A stretch of DNA of 63,439 nucleotides, the filler included, from Globobulimina sp. (Eukaryota), in the NCBI GenBank assembly GCA_003354225.1. It is 56 parts of 56 records of this genome, joined end to end, with 100 filler letters (N's around TTAATTAATTAA, not from the genome) between each part and the next. Parts side by side here need not be neighbours in the genome. Positions count along the whole stretch, not along the records: positions 1 to 1,036 come from PIVH01025208.1; positions 1,137 to 2,172 come from PIVH01025209.1; positions 2,273 to 3,308 come from PIVH01025210.1; positions 3,409 to 4,444 come from PIVH01025211.1; positions 4,545 to 5,579 come from PIVH01025212.1; positions 5,680 to 6,714 come from PIVH01025213.1; positions 6,815 to 7,849 come from PIVH01025214.1; positions 7,950 to 8,984 come from PIVH01025215.1; 48 more parts are not named here. One strand, given 5' to 3'. Shown one piece after another: positions 1-12,556 of this stretch. How positions within the stretch are numbered: position 1 is the stretch's first letter; each line of letters starts with the position of its first letter. Position numbers and translations under genes: made by a program. The notes beneath the pieces are model-generated. The model was not told the DNA's origin, made no database searches, and saw only the letters and a list, made by a program, of their open reading frames with translations.

Positions 1-305
1 GGCCTACTTCTAACGATTCTGCAGAAATTGACATAGATGATGTCGGTTTTCGTGTTGGTTTTCGAGTTACGACTGTCACTGGCTCGGAGGAACGAGCTGT
101 TGGTCATAATCATGGCACAGTCACTCGAGTAAATTAAAACTTGTTAAAAAATCTTTTGGTTTACGTGTAGCAAAAAAAATGTATTTAAGCAAGTTTTAAT
201 TTTACACCAGCTTCGCAGTTGTAACCTTCTACAAACACTTGATATAATTATATAAAATAAACAAACAAGTAACAGTGTTTTCAATCCGTTTACACAAACA
301 CGTTA

Positions 306-824
306 TTATAAGCAAAAACATTTTAATGTAATATTAGAAACGGTCGAAATAGATAAACTACCTTTGGTTGTATATATTGTAGGAGTTTGAGTGGGTATAT
401 TTGAGGGTGTGTTTGAAGGCACATTTGTAGGAGTTTGTGAAGGTATTTGTGAAGGCATATTTGTAGGTGTTTGCGAAGGTATATTAGTCGGTGTTTGTGT
501 TGGTATATTCGTGGGTGTGTCTGTCGGTATATTCGTAGGTGTTTCTGTAGGTATATTTGAAGGTGTTTGTGAAGGTATATTCGTGGGTGATACAGTCGGT
601 ATATACGTAGGATCCGAAGTGGTTGGGTTTACTGTTGGATACATGGTGGGATTTATTGTTGGTACATGTATTTGCACGCAAAGTGCAGCAATATCAGATA
701 CAACAACATATTCATCGGCATCCCCAGACATTATCATTTCTATCATAATTGAATATGTATGTTGACCCATAATGGTCAATGCATATGTTTTATGTGTAGC
801 TGTGCTGTACCATTCGCCTGGCAT
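306..824 (-). CDS. Pro/Thr-rich (PT repeat, mucin-like) surface protein fragment
   Basis: Tandem PTNIPT/PSQTPT repeats; probable donor AAG|GTAG near 361 and further PTRKPT coding sequence at 1-110. Confidence 0.6.
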   Translation of the reverse strand: MPGEWYSTATHKTYALTIMGQHTYSIMIEMIMSGDADEYVVVSDIAALCVQIHVPTINPTMYPTVNPTTSDPTYIPTVSPTNIPSQTPSNIPTETPTNIPTDTPTNIPTQTPTNIPSQTPTNMPSQIPSQTPTNVPSNTPSNIPTQTPTIYTTKGSLSISTVSNITLKCFCL

Positions 825-1036
825 TGACCGCGGCTGAAACAGGCCACCTTGTCTTCAGCACGCTACACACAGATAACCAACCATTTGTAATCGAGAAACG
901 CCCAGTCTAATTTGATATCATTATTTCCAATTTCACCAAGATCAAAGGAGTAGAGTTGCATGGCTATTCGAAAGTCATTGGAAAGGGGAGAGTTAAAATT
1001 GATTCCAAATTCATTGAATTCAAAACTCCCATCTTT

Positions 1037-1136
1037 NNNNNNNNNNNNNNNNNNNNNNNNNNNNNNNNNNNNNNNNNNNNTTAATTAATTAANNNNNNNN
1101 NNNNNNNNNNNNNNNNNNNNNNNNNNNNNNNNNNNN
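1037..1136. other. Artificial contig-joining spacer (N44 + TTAATTAATTAA + N44); the first of 55 identical spacers
   Basis: Identical 100-nt block recurs every 1134-1136 nt; the 12-mer has stops in all six frames; flanking contigs are unrelated and size-sorted. Confidence 0.99.
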
Positions 1137-1215
1137 ATTATATAATAAAATAAATAAAGCATATGATTTTAAAACAAAAATAAAGTGTATCCCGAAGGAA
1201 AAGAGAAAAAACAAT

Positions 1216-1931
1216 GTGTTATGGCAATGGTATATAGATTCCATTGAATTGAATACAATGGACACAAAGACGTATATAAGTGGCAATTTTGTAGACAGAT
1301 TTGTATACAAATACGTGCCACAAACCTTGCCTGAGTCGATACAATGCATTGAATTCACGAATATGTGGAAAGATAACATGTTGGAACCGAATAAGTTATA
1401 TTTCCTTCCCGATGGCTCGGTATATCCATATCAAAACGACCCAAAAAGTAGAATCTTTGGCATTGGTGGTTGTGCACTGGTTATCTACTACGGATTTGAA
1501 GTAATCGATACTATCACACTCCCGCTATCAATACGGACACACATAAACGTTATGGAATTTTATGTCATATTATGTGCGCTCCAATGGATAAACGACCCAA
1601 TCAATAAATGCAAATATGTGGATAAGGCGGATGGAATATGTGGATATCGGACAGCCAAAACTGTCTAAATATAGTCTCTCAGAAACATTCCCCAAAAGAT
1701 GACGTAACAATTGAGTTATACGCCAAATTAAATCAGGAAATCATAAAAATTGCGAACTATAATTATGTGGCAAAATTTATTAAGTTTTATTGGGTGCATA
1801 GCCACTCAGAGTCCGACTTGAATGATTTGGTCGATGCTTTAGCAAAATTGGCGGCGGGAATGGTAAGACTGAACAACATGAAATTAGCAATGGAAACCAA
1901 TCAGAAAATAATAAAAATCAAGAAAGTATAA
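1216..1931 (+). mobile_element. Retroelement-type RNase H domain, frameshifted
   Basis: DGS...GIGG, MEFYVI, ISDSQ, WVHSHS...NDLVDALAKLAA give the D-E-D-D RNase HI motifs, split over ORFs 1216-1668 and 1638-1931. Confidence 0.8.
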
Positions 1932-2285
1932 TTAAAATCGATGAAAAAAAAGAAAATGATTTATTTGCCAATAATACCAAACATATATTAATTGACGACA
2001 GAAAAACATGGCTAAATCCCAATAATATGATAGCATATAAAACTATTAAGTCCGAAATCCGATATTTGGCAAATAAATACGATGAAAAAATATGGGATAA
2101 GAATAAATATGGATTGTATTATAGCAATAATCCATATGGATGGGGCCGACATTATTACGAATTAAAAATCAGNNNNNNNNNNNNNNNNNNNNNNNNNNNN
2201 NNNNNNNNNNNNNNNNTTAATTAATTAANNNNNNNNNNNNNNNNNNNNNNNNNNNNNNNNNNNNNNNNNNNNATGTCCCTGAACA

Positions 2286-3175
2286 TTATCCCTTTTTTAG
2301 GATGGTCAGGAATTGTCCTGATTTTCGATTTGATCGGCATGTAATTTCCTCCTTTTTTAAGAGACTAAACACAGAGACAAAAAACCACACGTTTAGTATG
2401 ATAACGCCAGGTTTAATCACTTGCGATTCTCTGTTAATAAATTCTTTGCACATAGAAATTTTATCAGTGGTTATTTGTGATGGATCGCAACCTGTGCCGT
2501 CAGCTAATTTTTCGATTTCCGCCTTGTCATTGCTTTTATCCTCGGTGCCGTTCTCAGCATTTTCCTGCGATTTGGTATCAGTTTGCGTGGTTTGTACTGT
2601 TTGCATTTCAATGGAAACGGTTTTTTCTGTCTCTTTTTGTTTTTTCTCATTTTTGAATTGAACTGTCTCTTTTTTCCATAATCTAATGCCTTTGCGGGAT
2701 GTACGAAGAGTGGCATATGACAGCACAGCGGCTAATAATATTAATATTAGTATGTCTGGAAACATTACATTCAATAAAACGCCTATTTTATAGTATTATT
2801 AATGTTTAGATCCTTGCACTGTGTGGTGTCTATTATTTACATACCGATGATAGTGCCAACGAGCAACATTGGCTCAAATATGAGCAACGTCGAGAAATCT
2901 GTCAATGGCCGGTGCTTCCGGGTGGGATGACATTTTTTTAGGTTCATTATTAAATTAACGATAGAACCACCAAATATTGTTGCTTGCGATAAGGCAGCCG
3001 CGAATTTTGGTGGATAGCCTAATATTAAAATATAGATTGGGACAAAGACACCGCCGCCACCTAAACCACCTCCTGCTGCTATCATGGCGCCGATCAAGAT
3101 TGCAAACATTGCGGCGGAGTCAAGACCTGCTTGCTCTGTGAATATCCCTTGTGTTGGTAACACATCTTGTGTCAT
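2286..3175 (-). CDS. TauE/SafE (sulfite exporter-like) membrane protein, two exons
   Basis: GGLGGGGVFVP, AALSQATIFGGS, RPLTDF, EPMLLVGTIIG motifs; 62-nt GT-AG intron 2783-2844 restores IIG-VLLNVMFP. Confidence 0.85.
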
Positions 3176-3419
3176 GTTGTTTTGTGTGAGTCACTTTAAA
3201 AGATGTTTTTTTGTTGTGGGGACCCTCAGCCTTTGAGAAAAATATAATTCATTATATTTTTGGTAAAAGGGTTACGATCAGAAAACATGTTTATTTGTGA
3301 TGATTTAGNNNNNNNNNNNNNNNNNNNNNNNNNNNNNNNNNNNNNNNNNNNNTTAATTAATTAANNNNNNNNNNNNNNNNNNNNNNNNNNNNNNNNNNNN
3401 NNNNNNNNTTGCAGTTAAC

Positions 3420-3914
3420 GTGTTGTTGATTTTGATAAATAGTACACCAGGCATATATTTCACAAGTGAAGGATGCAATCCACCTAAACTGGATGCGGAG
3501 TATATGAGTGGTAAAAATATGGTTGGAACTAATTTGGAATTGTTTATAAATGAACAATCATTGGAGGACTTCAATCAAAATCAAAATGGATTTGAATATG
3601 GTAAAGAATATGCAATGATGTTGAAAACTAAAGATGATGAATGGATGCAATACGTAGTACATACGTCTCACGGCATACAAGAGTCAACAATGGCTACGTT
3701 GGAGTGCGACGGTAAAGTGTCACTATTTGCAATGGATTTTGATTCAGCGGATTTTAAATGGACAGCACCAACAAAAGAGGAAATGGAAAATGATAATAAT
3801 AAGTATGGAGGTAATGTTTTGTTGACCACCTCATACTCTCCTGCTTATACTACTGCATATATTCAAACATTCACAATTAAAGCTCGATCATCAACGATCA
3901 AACCTGATTTATAA
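3420..3914 (+). CDS. Hypothetical protein fragment
   Basis: 164-codon ORF with protein-like composition; no family recognised. Confidence 0.4.
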   Translation: MLLILINSTPGIYFTSEGCNPPKLDAEYMSGKNMVGTNLELFINEQSLEDFNQNQNGFEYGKEYAMMLKTKDDEWMQYVVHTSHGIQESTMATLECDGKVSLFAMDFDSADFKWTAPTKEEMENDNNKYGGNVLLTTSYSPAYTTAYIQTFTIKARSSTIKPDL

Positions 3915-4016
3915 ATCTTTCATAATATTTAATTTTATACCAATACATTGAGTGCAAGGACAAAAGACCAAAATATCATTTAATGAGATCGAACTAAAAA
4001 ACTCTGCACAACAAAA

Positions 4017-4444
4017 CTATTTCCTACGTTTAACTTTCCGTTTATATCTATCTTCAATGTCATCCACAGTAATCCCCATTGCTTTAAATTCATCCCGAAC
4101 TCTCGCAAAATAAGTCTTATCCGGCCAGCCATGGTTTGCAAAGCCGCCATGTCTACTCGTTTTAAAATGTATCCCTGTCCATATTATCAAATTATCCGCA
4201 TTCCTCGTCACACTCCGTCCGACAGTGTACAACAACTTCCTTTTCCATGCAACACGAATCAAACCCAAACACTCCATTCCTTCCCATGTTTTCGGTAAAT
4301 ATATATATTCAATCCTCGATGGATACGGCCTGCCGGGACTCTGATGACCTCTGCTTTGAAGGCCAGATGCAAATTTATGAACAATTTCAATGCTCCCTTT
4401 TCCCTTATTCTCTGTTCCTTTGCTGGCACAATCTGACTTTTTAT
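4017..4444 (-). CDS. Deltex C-terminal (DTC) domain protein, 5' truncated
   Basis: Frame open to contig edge: GSIEIVHKFASGLQ...HQSPGRPY...YLPKTWEG...YTVGRSVT...IIWTGIHFKTSRHGG...HGWPDKTY. Confidence 0.85.
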
Positions 4445-4545
4445 NNNNNNNNNNNNNNNNNNNNNNNNNNNNNNNNNNNNNNNNNNNNTTAATTAATTAA
4501 NNNNNNNNNNNNNNNNNNNNNNNNNNNNNNNNNNNNNNNNNNNNT

Positions 4546-5579
4546 GAAGGTATTGCCGAGTCGCAGCAATTTGATGAGTGGCTGAAACTACATAGATTAC
4601 AGAAAGCAAAGGATCAATTAAATGAGCAGCAAGTTACATTTGATGAGTTAAAAGAATTAGGCAATGTATATACTATCAGTCAATTAAGGTTAAATATGTC
4701 TAAATGCTAGTTGTATAAATTAGAATTTTAACACATTACATAGATTATATGCTACACAAACATTGGGTTTGGATATCATTCAAGCAAAGAGATTCTCGGA
4801 GGCAGTGGTTGGATTATCTGCAGCTGCAAACATTACAACACCGCGACTGGTAATATTTCCTGAAGAACATGATGCATTGAAGAATATCGACAAAAGAAGA
4901 GCCGAAATTAAATTACAAATAAATGCATCATCAGATAATATAAAGGCACTCAATCAAGTCTCCCAATTGAATTCTAAAGAGCTTAATCAGTTTAGAAAGG
5001 ACATAATATATGCAATGAAGCAACGTATCGATGAATTAATTCAGCATTCAGATCAAATGATAAATAAAAAGAAGGAAATGGTTGTAAGTCACAGGAAAGA
5101 GTTAGAAAATGTAGATAAAGTGTTGAAGGATGCCAGCATAGAATGTAATCAATTATTGGATGATATGACAATGGAAATGAACAAACGAAAAACTCAGATT
5201 TTGGATACATGTCATAATGCGTTGGCAATCAAGGTCGATGATGTTGTTATTACACCAAATACAGTCAAGTTAGACACACAGGGAGTTGTGGATTTTGTCA
5301 ATAATATTGGTGCCGTGTGTGATGCAGATGTACCAAACATTTCTATGACATGTATCAAATCTTCATCAGCCACAGTTGCAGTTATGATTTGTTTTAGATG
5401 GCAACTGTTCCTGTCTCTATTTTATATTAATAATTATATATAGTTGAAAGTGGATAATAGCAGCACTTCATATGAATGTTTATTGTATATATCCAAAGAT
5501 AATGATGATGAAAAAAAGGAGAACGACATTTGGGAGCATTTATGTTCAATAAAAAATACAGAGCAGTATAAGATCACAG
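4546..5579 (+). CDS. SAM-like plus coiled-coil protein, three exons, partial
   Basis: FDEWLKLHRL...LGLDIIQAKRF SAM-like start; GT-AG introns 4689-4743 (55 nt) and 5381-5443 (63 nt) keep the frame. Confidence 0.55.
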
Positions 5580-5681
5580 NNNNNNNNNNNNNNNNNNNNN
5601 NNNNNNNNNNNNNNNNNNNNNNNTTAATTAATTAANNNNNNNNNNNNNNNNNNNNNNNNNNNNNNNNNNNNNNNNNNNNTC

Positions 5682-6714
5682 GGTGCATTACACAAAATCC
5701 ATAAAGGAAAGCCATTTTCGTGGCGACCAGTATTATGTTTAGGAAATCATCCAACTAATTTTTATCAATCTGTATTAAATAAAAAGTTAAAAGGATATCT
5801 TGCTATTTTCCGCCATAAAACAAACTATAAAATTATTCTCGAAAATTCTTTTCAACTCAAATATTTTCTAAATCACATTAAGTCGAAATACCAGTTCAAA
5901 AATCATGAAATTTTCCAGCGTGCGAGTGATGTATCAAAAATGTATGAATCTTTAGGTTTATCTGATATTATCATTGCGGTTCGTTGGTTAATGGAATTTA
6001 TTGAAATTGATCCGGTTTTTCAAAATGGTGTGGTTGATATTATAAATGTAGTTTTTCTGAATACTTTTATCCATTTTCATGGAAAAATCGTCAAATTAAA
6101 AAGTGTTATCGCAACGGGTTGGATTATCTCGCCAAACATTGCAAATATTACCCTTTTGTTTATTGAATATAAAACAAGAAAAAATTGGCTAAGAAATATG
6201 TTTATAAATAAATTAAGTATACACAAAATAAATGCAATCAATGTATTAATCGAAGTAAGATATATTGACGATTTATATGAAGTTTTTGAATTAAATATGG
6301 ATATTTTAACTATCGATGACATGAAATTGATCAAAAATGTCTTAAAAAATGATTATGGAATAAGATATGATGTGGATTACATTGAATCAAATATCATATT
6401 AAAATGCGAAATAAAACACAATGTCATATATCTGGACTTAATTATCAGTGTAAATGAGATTAATTTTGATATTTCAACGCAAATTCATTTCAAAAAAGGT
6501 AAATTAAACACTTTATTAGACAACAATTCAAATAATTCTTTGGATCATTTCCAAGGAGTTTATGCATCGGAAACCTTTCGATCTATCGTTTTAAATGACA
6601 ATGAATTGGATCACCGCTTAGCACATCACGATCTATTATGTAAATTGCGAGAAAGAGGGTGGCATTTCGCGAAGATCCGTATCATTAAAAACAAATTTAA
6701 ATTAACTTATAAAC
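5682..6714 (+). mobile_element. Penelope-like element reverse transcriptase, partial
   Basis: Open across whole contig: LHKIHK...WRPV, SDVSKMYESL, IATGWIISPNIANI, RYIDD, YLDLII, TQIHFK. Confidence 0.82.
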
Positions 6715-6814
6715 NNNNNNNNNNNNNNNNNNNNNNNNNNNNNNNNNNNNNNNNNNNNTTAATTAATTAANNNNNNNNNNNNNNNNNNNNNNNNNNNNNN
6801 NNNNNNNNNNNNNN

Positions 6815-7173
6815 TTTGCGAATTCGCCGGGTAAACATAAGCGAACCGCACATTTTATGGCTCTGGCATCCATCGTAGATTTATTTGAATATTTCACCGC
6901 ATTCGCTGCCTCTTTTGCTAATCTATCAAACATATCCATTATGAAAGAATTTAAAACGGACATTGACTTTTTAGATAAACCGATTTCGGGATGCACTTGT
7001 TTCAGAACTTTGAAAATATACAAGTTCAAGTTCTCTTTGTTCCTTTTTTTGGCATAAACCACTCCTTTCTTTCTGCCACGGCGAGCCGCTGCCGGTTCCT
7101 TCTCTTCTTCTTCTTCTTCGGCCACATTTTTGGATTCTTCTTCTTCTTCGTTTGCATTTTCATTCACTGACAT
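6815..7173 (-). CDS. H2B: Histone H2B, 3' truncated, with acidic N-terminal extension
   Basis: YIFKVLKQVHPEIGLSKKSMSVLNSFIMDMFDRLAKEA...AVRLCLPGEFA histone fold. Confidence 0.95.
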
Positions 7174-7949
7174 TTGATTTGGGAAATTTGAGATTGAGAA
7201 AATTGGTGTTTGTTAATGTTAATTGTGGAGAAATATTGAATTAATAAAAGATGTTCAACAGTATTCAGAATATTTGTTATGAGATTAAATGTCATTGGTT
7301 TAATTCATTCGATTTCTTTAATAATTCATTGGATTTCATTAATGTTGCTGTTGATGTAATAATTGCAGCTGTTCAGCTTTATTAACAGATAAAAAGCCGA
7401 GAATCTCCATGGTTTAAGTTTTAACTCTTCCACATGATATGGGGGTTATCCACATAGGGGGAATTGCGGAAACATCATGTCAGCAATCAGTCGCCAATAT
7501 TACTTGATGAACATTCTGGGGATGTTTTATGTTAATTAATTCATAGGAAATCATATGAAACAGAACAGAAACAGAACAGAAACAGAATATAATATAATAT
7601 AATATTTGTGTTTTTTTTTTGTTGTTTGTTAACATATTGCCTATTTTTTTAACAAAAAAGTGATAAAATACTGTCATACGACTTGATACGAGAATCTTTA
7701 GTGTTTCTGTGCAAGGATCTATCACAAAGTCAGCTTCGATTCTTTATAAAAACAAATCAAAAAAACAAGATAAAAATACAAAAAAATGCCATACATATTT
7801 ATTTTCAAAAACGACAAAACAAAACAAACATAACAAACAAACAAAAATANNNNNNNNNNNNNNNNNNNNNNNNNNNNNNNNNNNNNNNNNNNNTTAATTA
7901 ATTAANNNNNNNNNNNNNNNNNNNNNNNNNNNNNNNNNNNNNNNNNNNN

Positions 7950-8729
7950 CACATGATTATGTAAATCTTGCTGCCAGTCTGAATATGCTGCGTCAATCAC
8001 TTCGCTTTCACTCTCGGTGCGGCCCCACAACGCACGATCTTCGCTGCGTTGTTCTTCCTTTTTGTGTCGGATTACGACAAATATAATCAACGATATTAAG
8101 TACAAAATGCCAATGCAGGCCACTACGAAGGAGCCGCTGTTGTTTTCGTCGATGTTTAGGAATTTCCAGTCTGCAGAACCGCCGCCGACAACGGTGCCGA
8201 TTAGAGGCCCTATGATGGTGCCCACGGCGATCACGAAGCGGAAGTACAAAATACGCGATTCGCGCGAGGCTAATTTGCTGTATCTGGTGACGTGCGCGTA
8301 GCCAATGACTAATATACACGAACCTATTCCGCAGATGGCACGGCCGATCAACATGGTCAGACCGCGCTTGTTATGGACACCAAATGTGTACAGAATGTTG
8401 CCCAAAATGATAGATAAATTGAGGAAGGCCAAGATTTCAATGATTGGGCGACGGTCCAACCAGGCTCCGATGATTAGTGTGGATATGAACTGCAACGCGA
8501 CATAGACCATCAATATATAGACATAATAATAAGAATTGGCGCCGGCCGCTTCGTTGCAGGCGCTGTACAAAGTGGGGATATTCACCATCATGTCGATGGA
8601 GGCAATGAAGGCGAAAATGTAAGTGAACAATAAGAGGGGCGGTTTGTTTTGGAAATCGAACAGCGACGACGCGTCGGGATAGGCCCGATCTGCCAACACG
8701 GATATTTCTGTTTTGTTTCTGTGTTGCAT
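7950..8729 (-). CDS. MFS transporter (MFSD8-like), N-terminal half
   Basis: About six TM helices; GAWLDRRP motif A-like, GRAICGIGS, GTIIGPLIG. Confidence 0.8.
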
Positions 8730-9084
8730 TTGTTTTTTGGAGTGCTAGGATATGAAAAATGTATTATGTACGGTACCTGGTTCTGTTTTTTCTGCCCTTT
8801 TCCTGATCGGCTAACTGTGTATAATCGAGAGAGTGCAATCCGTCGTCGGCAATGTCGATGGTTGTGGGTTGGCGCTTTTTTTTCTTCTTTTTGCGCCTCG
8901 ATTTTCGTCGTTTCTGTGCATTGGTTTCAAACTGAAAAATTATCACATGACACATTTTCAGGTTCAAACTGGTGTAGAAATTGCNNNNNNNNNNNNNNNN
9001 NNNNNNNNNNNNNNNNNNNNNNNNNNNNTTAATTAATTAANNNNNNNNNNNNNNNNNNNNNNNNNNNNNNNNNNNNNNNNNNNN

Positions 9085-9688
9085 CTTTGTTAACAATAAG
9101 TAAATAAGTATGCGTATACTCGTCGTCTGGACACTTTACATCGCTGTTTCGTAATAAATTTTCGCCGTTAAAGTTGAAAATAGCCTGTACTTTTTTGGTA
9201 GAATAACCGCAAATGTCGGGGCCAAACATAACGGCATAATCAGTATCGCCGTTGAATTTGTCCACATCGATGCCGGGCGGTAATAATTTAGCGTATCCGC
9301 CACCACAATCCATTTTTTGTTCATGTTTGACACTGAAACCAAAGACTAATTCATCCGCATCGGCGTTGTCAAACTCATCGGTTTTGGCGGTGAATGCATA
9401 AAATTTCGCATCTTCGGTCGTACGAATACCGCCACGTTCCCCGGCGCCCCATAATCCACCGCTGTATTCTAAGGTGCCTGCTTCGCCTGAATCTGTTTTC
9501 CTGTTTAACAATCAACACATCATATTTCACAATGTTTAATATTTTCAGTTTCTGAGTGTTTAGAAAGTATATGCAAACCAGGAAGATTGGACCCATCTGT
9601 TTGTGCTAAAGGGATCTGTCGAGAAATCATCTTTGAAGTAGATCTTTGCAGATGTTATTCCTAGTAATAATGCTAATATTTGTATCAT
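9085..9688 (-). CDS. CALR: Calreticulin, N-terminal part, two exons
   Basis: Signal peptide MIQILALLLGITSA-KIYFKDDF; 78-nt intron 9501-9578; KHEQKMDCGGGY and MFGPDICG signatures. Confidence 0.95.
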
Positions 9689-10219
9689 GTTTTAGTTTCG
9701 GGATTCTTTTTTTTTGTATGAAACTTGGCTGTACGTGAACGCTATGATGGGATTATCTTTGAAAGTACTGAAGAAAAATGAAAAAAGAATTATCGAGTTT
9801 TTGCAAAAAAAACCCACTGCTAACATTCGAATACTGCGTGTTGTTAAAAAACCAGAATACCAATTTGTGATTGATTGAAAATAAGCTGGGTACATTTTTC
9901 AATTGAGATAATGCTTAATTAAGATAATAAATGTATACACTAAATTGTTAACACACAAAGCAAACAAAAAACAGATTTAATATGATTCTTCTTCATCTGT
10001 ATACATATATATTGCATGTGATTGAAACTTCTTTGCGAACTGCCTGATGTACCATTTGTTCAACATTTGATTGAAATAATGTTTGCGCATTGTACGTATA
10101 TTGTGATCTTCCAATATATNNNNNNNNNNNNNNNNNNNNNNNNNNNNNNNNNNNNNNNNNNNNTTAATTAATTAANNNNNNNNNNNNNNNNNNNNNNNNN
10201 NNNNNNNNNNNNNNNNNNN

Positions 10220-11212
10220 ATTTGCATGCATTGTATGATTATTATTATTACTCTTTAATAAATTGCTTGCGTTAATTGTTGATGATGAATCTGACGGAAA
10301 TAGTAATTTTTGCGGAGGAAAATGACTTATATTGTGTGAATTGTTTACATTACTCAGATTATTTGGGTTATCACTTTGCATCAATTGTTGATGCGCATGC
10401 AACTGTGAATTATTTATATTGCTTAGATTATTCATGTTATTTATGTTATCGCTTTGCATCAATAGTTGTTGCGCCTGTAACTGTGAATTATTTATATTGA
10501 GTGAATTATTTATATTGCTTAGATTGTTCATGTTATCACTTTGCATCAATTGTTGTTGCGCATGTAATTGTGCATTAATACTATGACGTGAAAAATCATT
10601 TGATTGACTGAATGGTTGTTGTTGATAATTATTAATATTGCGATGCATTGCAAAGTCATATGATTGACTCATTTGACTGAGTTGTTGCTGAATTAGTTGG
10701 CTATGGGAATGCGGATGTGTTGCTTGTTGCGGGTGCGCAAATTGCATTGTTTGAGAGTATTGCGGTGTGTTTGGCAGCATGGTCTGGGGTGGAAATTGAG
10801 CAACCAATGGAAGGGATTCATTGTGTGTATTGTCTGTGTTATTTATATTGTTTATATGGTTTATATTTGATTGTTTTCTCTCATTGCAATCGGATTTGTG
10901 ATCAATATCTATTGACTGTTGTTTTTGTAAATGTATATTGTTGGTATTAATCGGGTCAATATTGTTTTGTGTTGGTGGTGATAGTGATGGTGGTTTATCG
11001 TCATATGCATCCGTGTTATTTTCATAAATTTCATCGTGTTGGATCTCTTTGATTCGTGGAATGTCATCAGTTTCTGAAGACAGAGTCAACGTAAAATCTG
11101 GAATTTCAGTTTGTTTTTCTTCATATTGGTAGGACTTTTTTGACATTGATTTATTTGCTACAATTGGGGTAATATCAAGGCTTGTATCAAGAGCATCGAG
11201 CAAACTATTCAT
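10220..11212 (-). CDS. Asn/Gln-rich low-complexity protein fragment
   Basis: Long ORF; three imperfect repeats of NxQLHAQQQLMQSDNxNNLSN. Confidence 0.55.
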
Positions 11213-11362
11213 TGAGAATTCATTATGCTCCTGATATGTTTTCCTTCGTTTACTNNNNNNNNNNNNNNNNNNNNNNNNNNNNNNNNNNNNNNNNNNNNTT
11301 AATTAATTAANNNNNNNNNNNNNNNNNNNNNNNNNNNNNNNNNNNNNNNNNNNNACTCCAAT

Positions 11363-12389
11363 ATGGGCAATGAATGTCCTCAAGGTCATAAATTAAAAAA
11401 ATTTAAACCAAAAAGATATGGATTTCGTTGTGACGATTGTGGCGATGCTGCAAAGCCAACAGACACATTGCATGGTTGTAGAAAATGTGACTATGACTTA
11501 TGTGAAACATGCGTCTCTAAATCTGATGATGAAGAGGTAAAATGCAAACGATGCATAAAAAATGGTGAAGTTCGTCGTTTAGCGTACGCCACAGCCGATG
11601 AATTGACTGAGATTGATTCAGGATATGTTTTCGGTTTTATTTGCAATCGATGTAGGAAATCATTTGAAAATACCGGCTCATATAATTGTAAACATTGTAA
11701 TTATGATTTATGCCGCAATTGTTATAATAAAGTGAAAATAAATGGTGATGATACTGATGATAGCGATGACAATGAGGAGAGCAGTGACAATGATGATGTT
11801 CCTGACAGTGATGACAGTGACAATGCAGACAATGACGAAGATGATGATGATGACGATGAGGATGATGATTTATTCGGCGGTTTGCTTGGATCTATGATTA
11901 AACATCAAATGGAAGAAAAAATGGAAGAACTCGTTTCTGAGATAAAGAGAGAAGCAGAAGAAGCTATTTCCAGTGTCGCTGATGATTTGGAGGCAGAAAA
12001 AGCAAAGAATTTAGATTTAACTCAACGATGTGGACAATTAGAAAATGAATTGACTGAAACAAAATCATTATTGAAGCAACAACGATTCATTGCACAAAAA
12101 CTGCAGAAACAATTGGATGACCAATCTAAATTACTACATGAAGATAGACATAAAACTGCATGGAAACGAAAAAAGATTGATAAGTGGACGATGGATGATG
12201 TTTTATTTTGGGTTCAGAGTATGAGCTTTGATATGAAATGGCAAATTAAATTAATTGAAGAGATGATAGAATGCAAATGCAATGGCAAAGATATTGTGGG
12301 CTTACAATCTCCACAAGAAATTGGCGAGGCATTTGAATCAATATCGAGGAATAAAAGATTATGTGATGAGTTATTTGTAAATATCAAAT
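11363..12389 (+). CDS. Protein with two ZZ-like zinc fingers, an acidic tract, a coiled coil and a SAM-like C-terminus
   Basis: CDDC...CRKCDYDLCETC and CNRC...CKHCNYDLCRNC; poly-D; WTMDDVLFWV. Confidence 0.65.
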
Positions 12390-12556
12390 NNNNNNNNNNN
12401 NNNNNNNNNNNNNNNNNNNNNNNNNNNNNNNNNTTAATTAATTAANNNNNNNNNNNNNNNNNNNNNNNNNNNNNNNNNNNNNNNNNNNNAATTTATTACA
12501 CAATAGCAACAAAACAAAATAATATAAAACAACACAAAAACAATCATCAAATGCCA

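Noticed and set aside
391-765. Gly/Val repeat protein on the + strand
   Set aside because: Antisense shadow of the PT-repeat ORF
1081-1092. Regularly spaced TTAATTAATTAA repeat as a CRISPR-like or biological array
   Set aside because: Always embedded in N runs; an artificial linker between contigs
5682-6714. Retron, DGR or group II intron RT
   Set aside because: KIHK...RP and downstream motifs fit Penelope-like RT; no ncRNA, template repeat or bacterial context
5682-7173. RT next to a histone gene as a linked system
   Set aside because: Separated by an artificial spacer; different contigs
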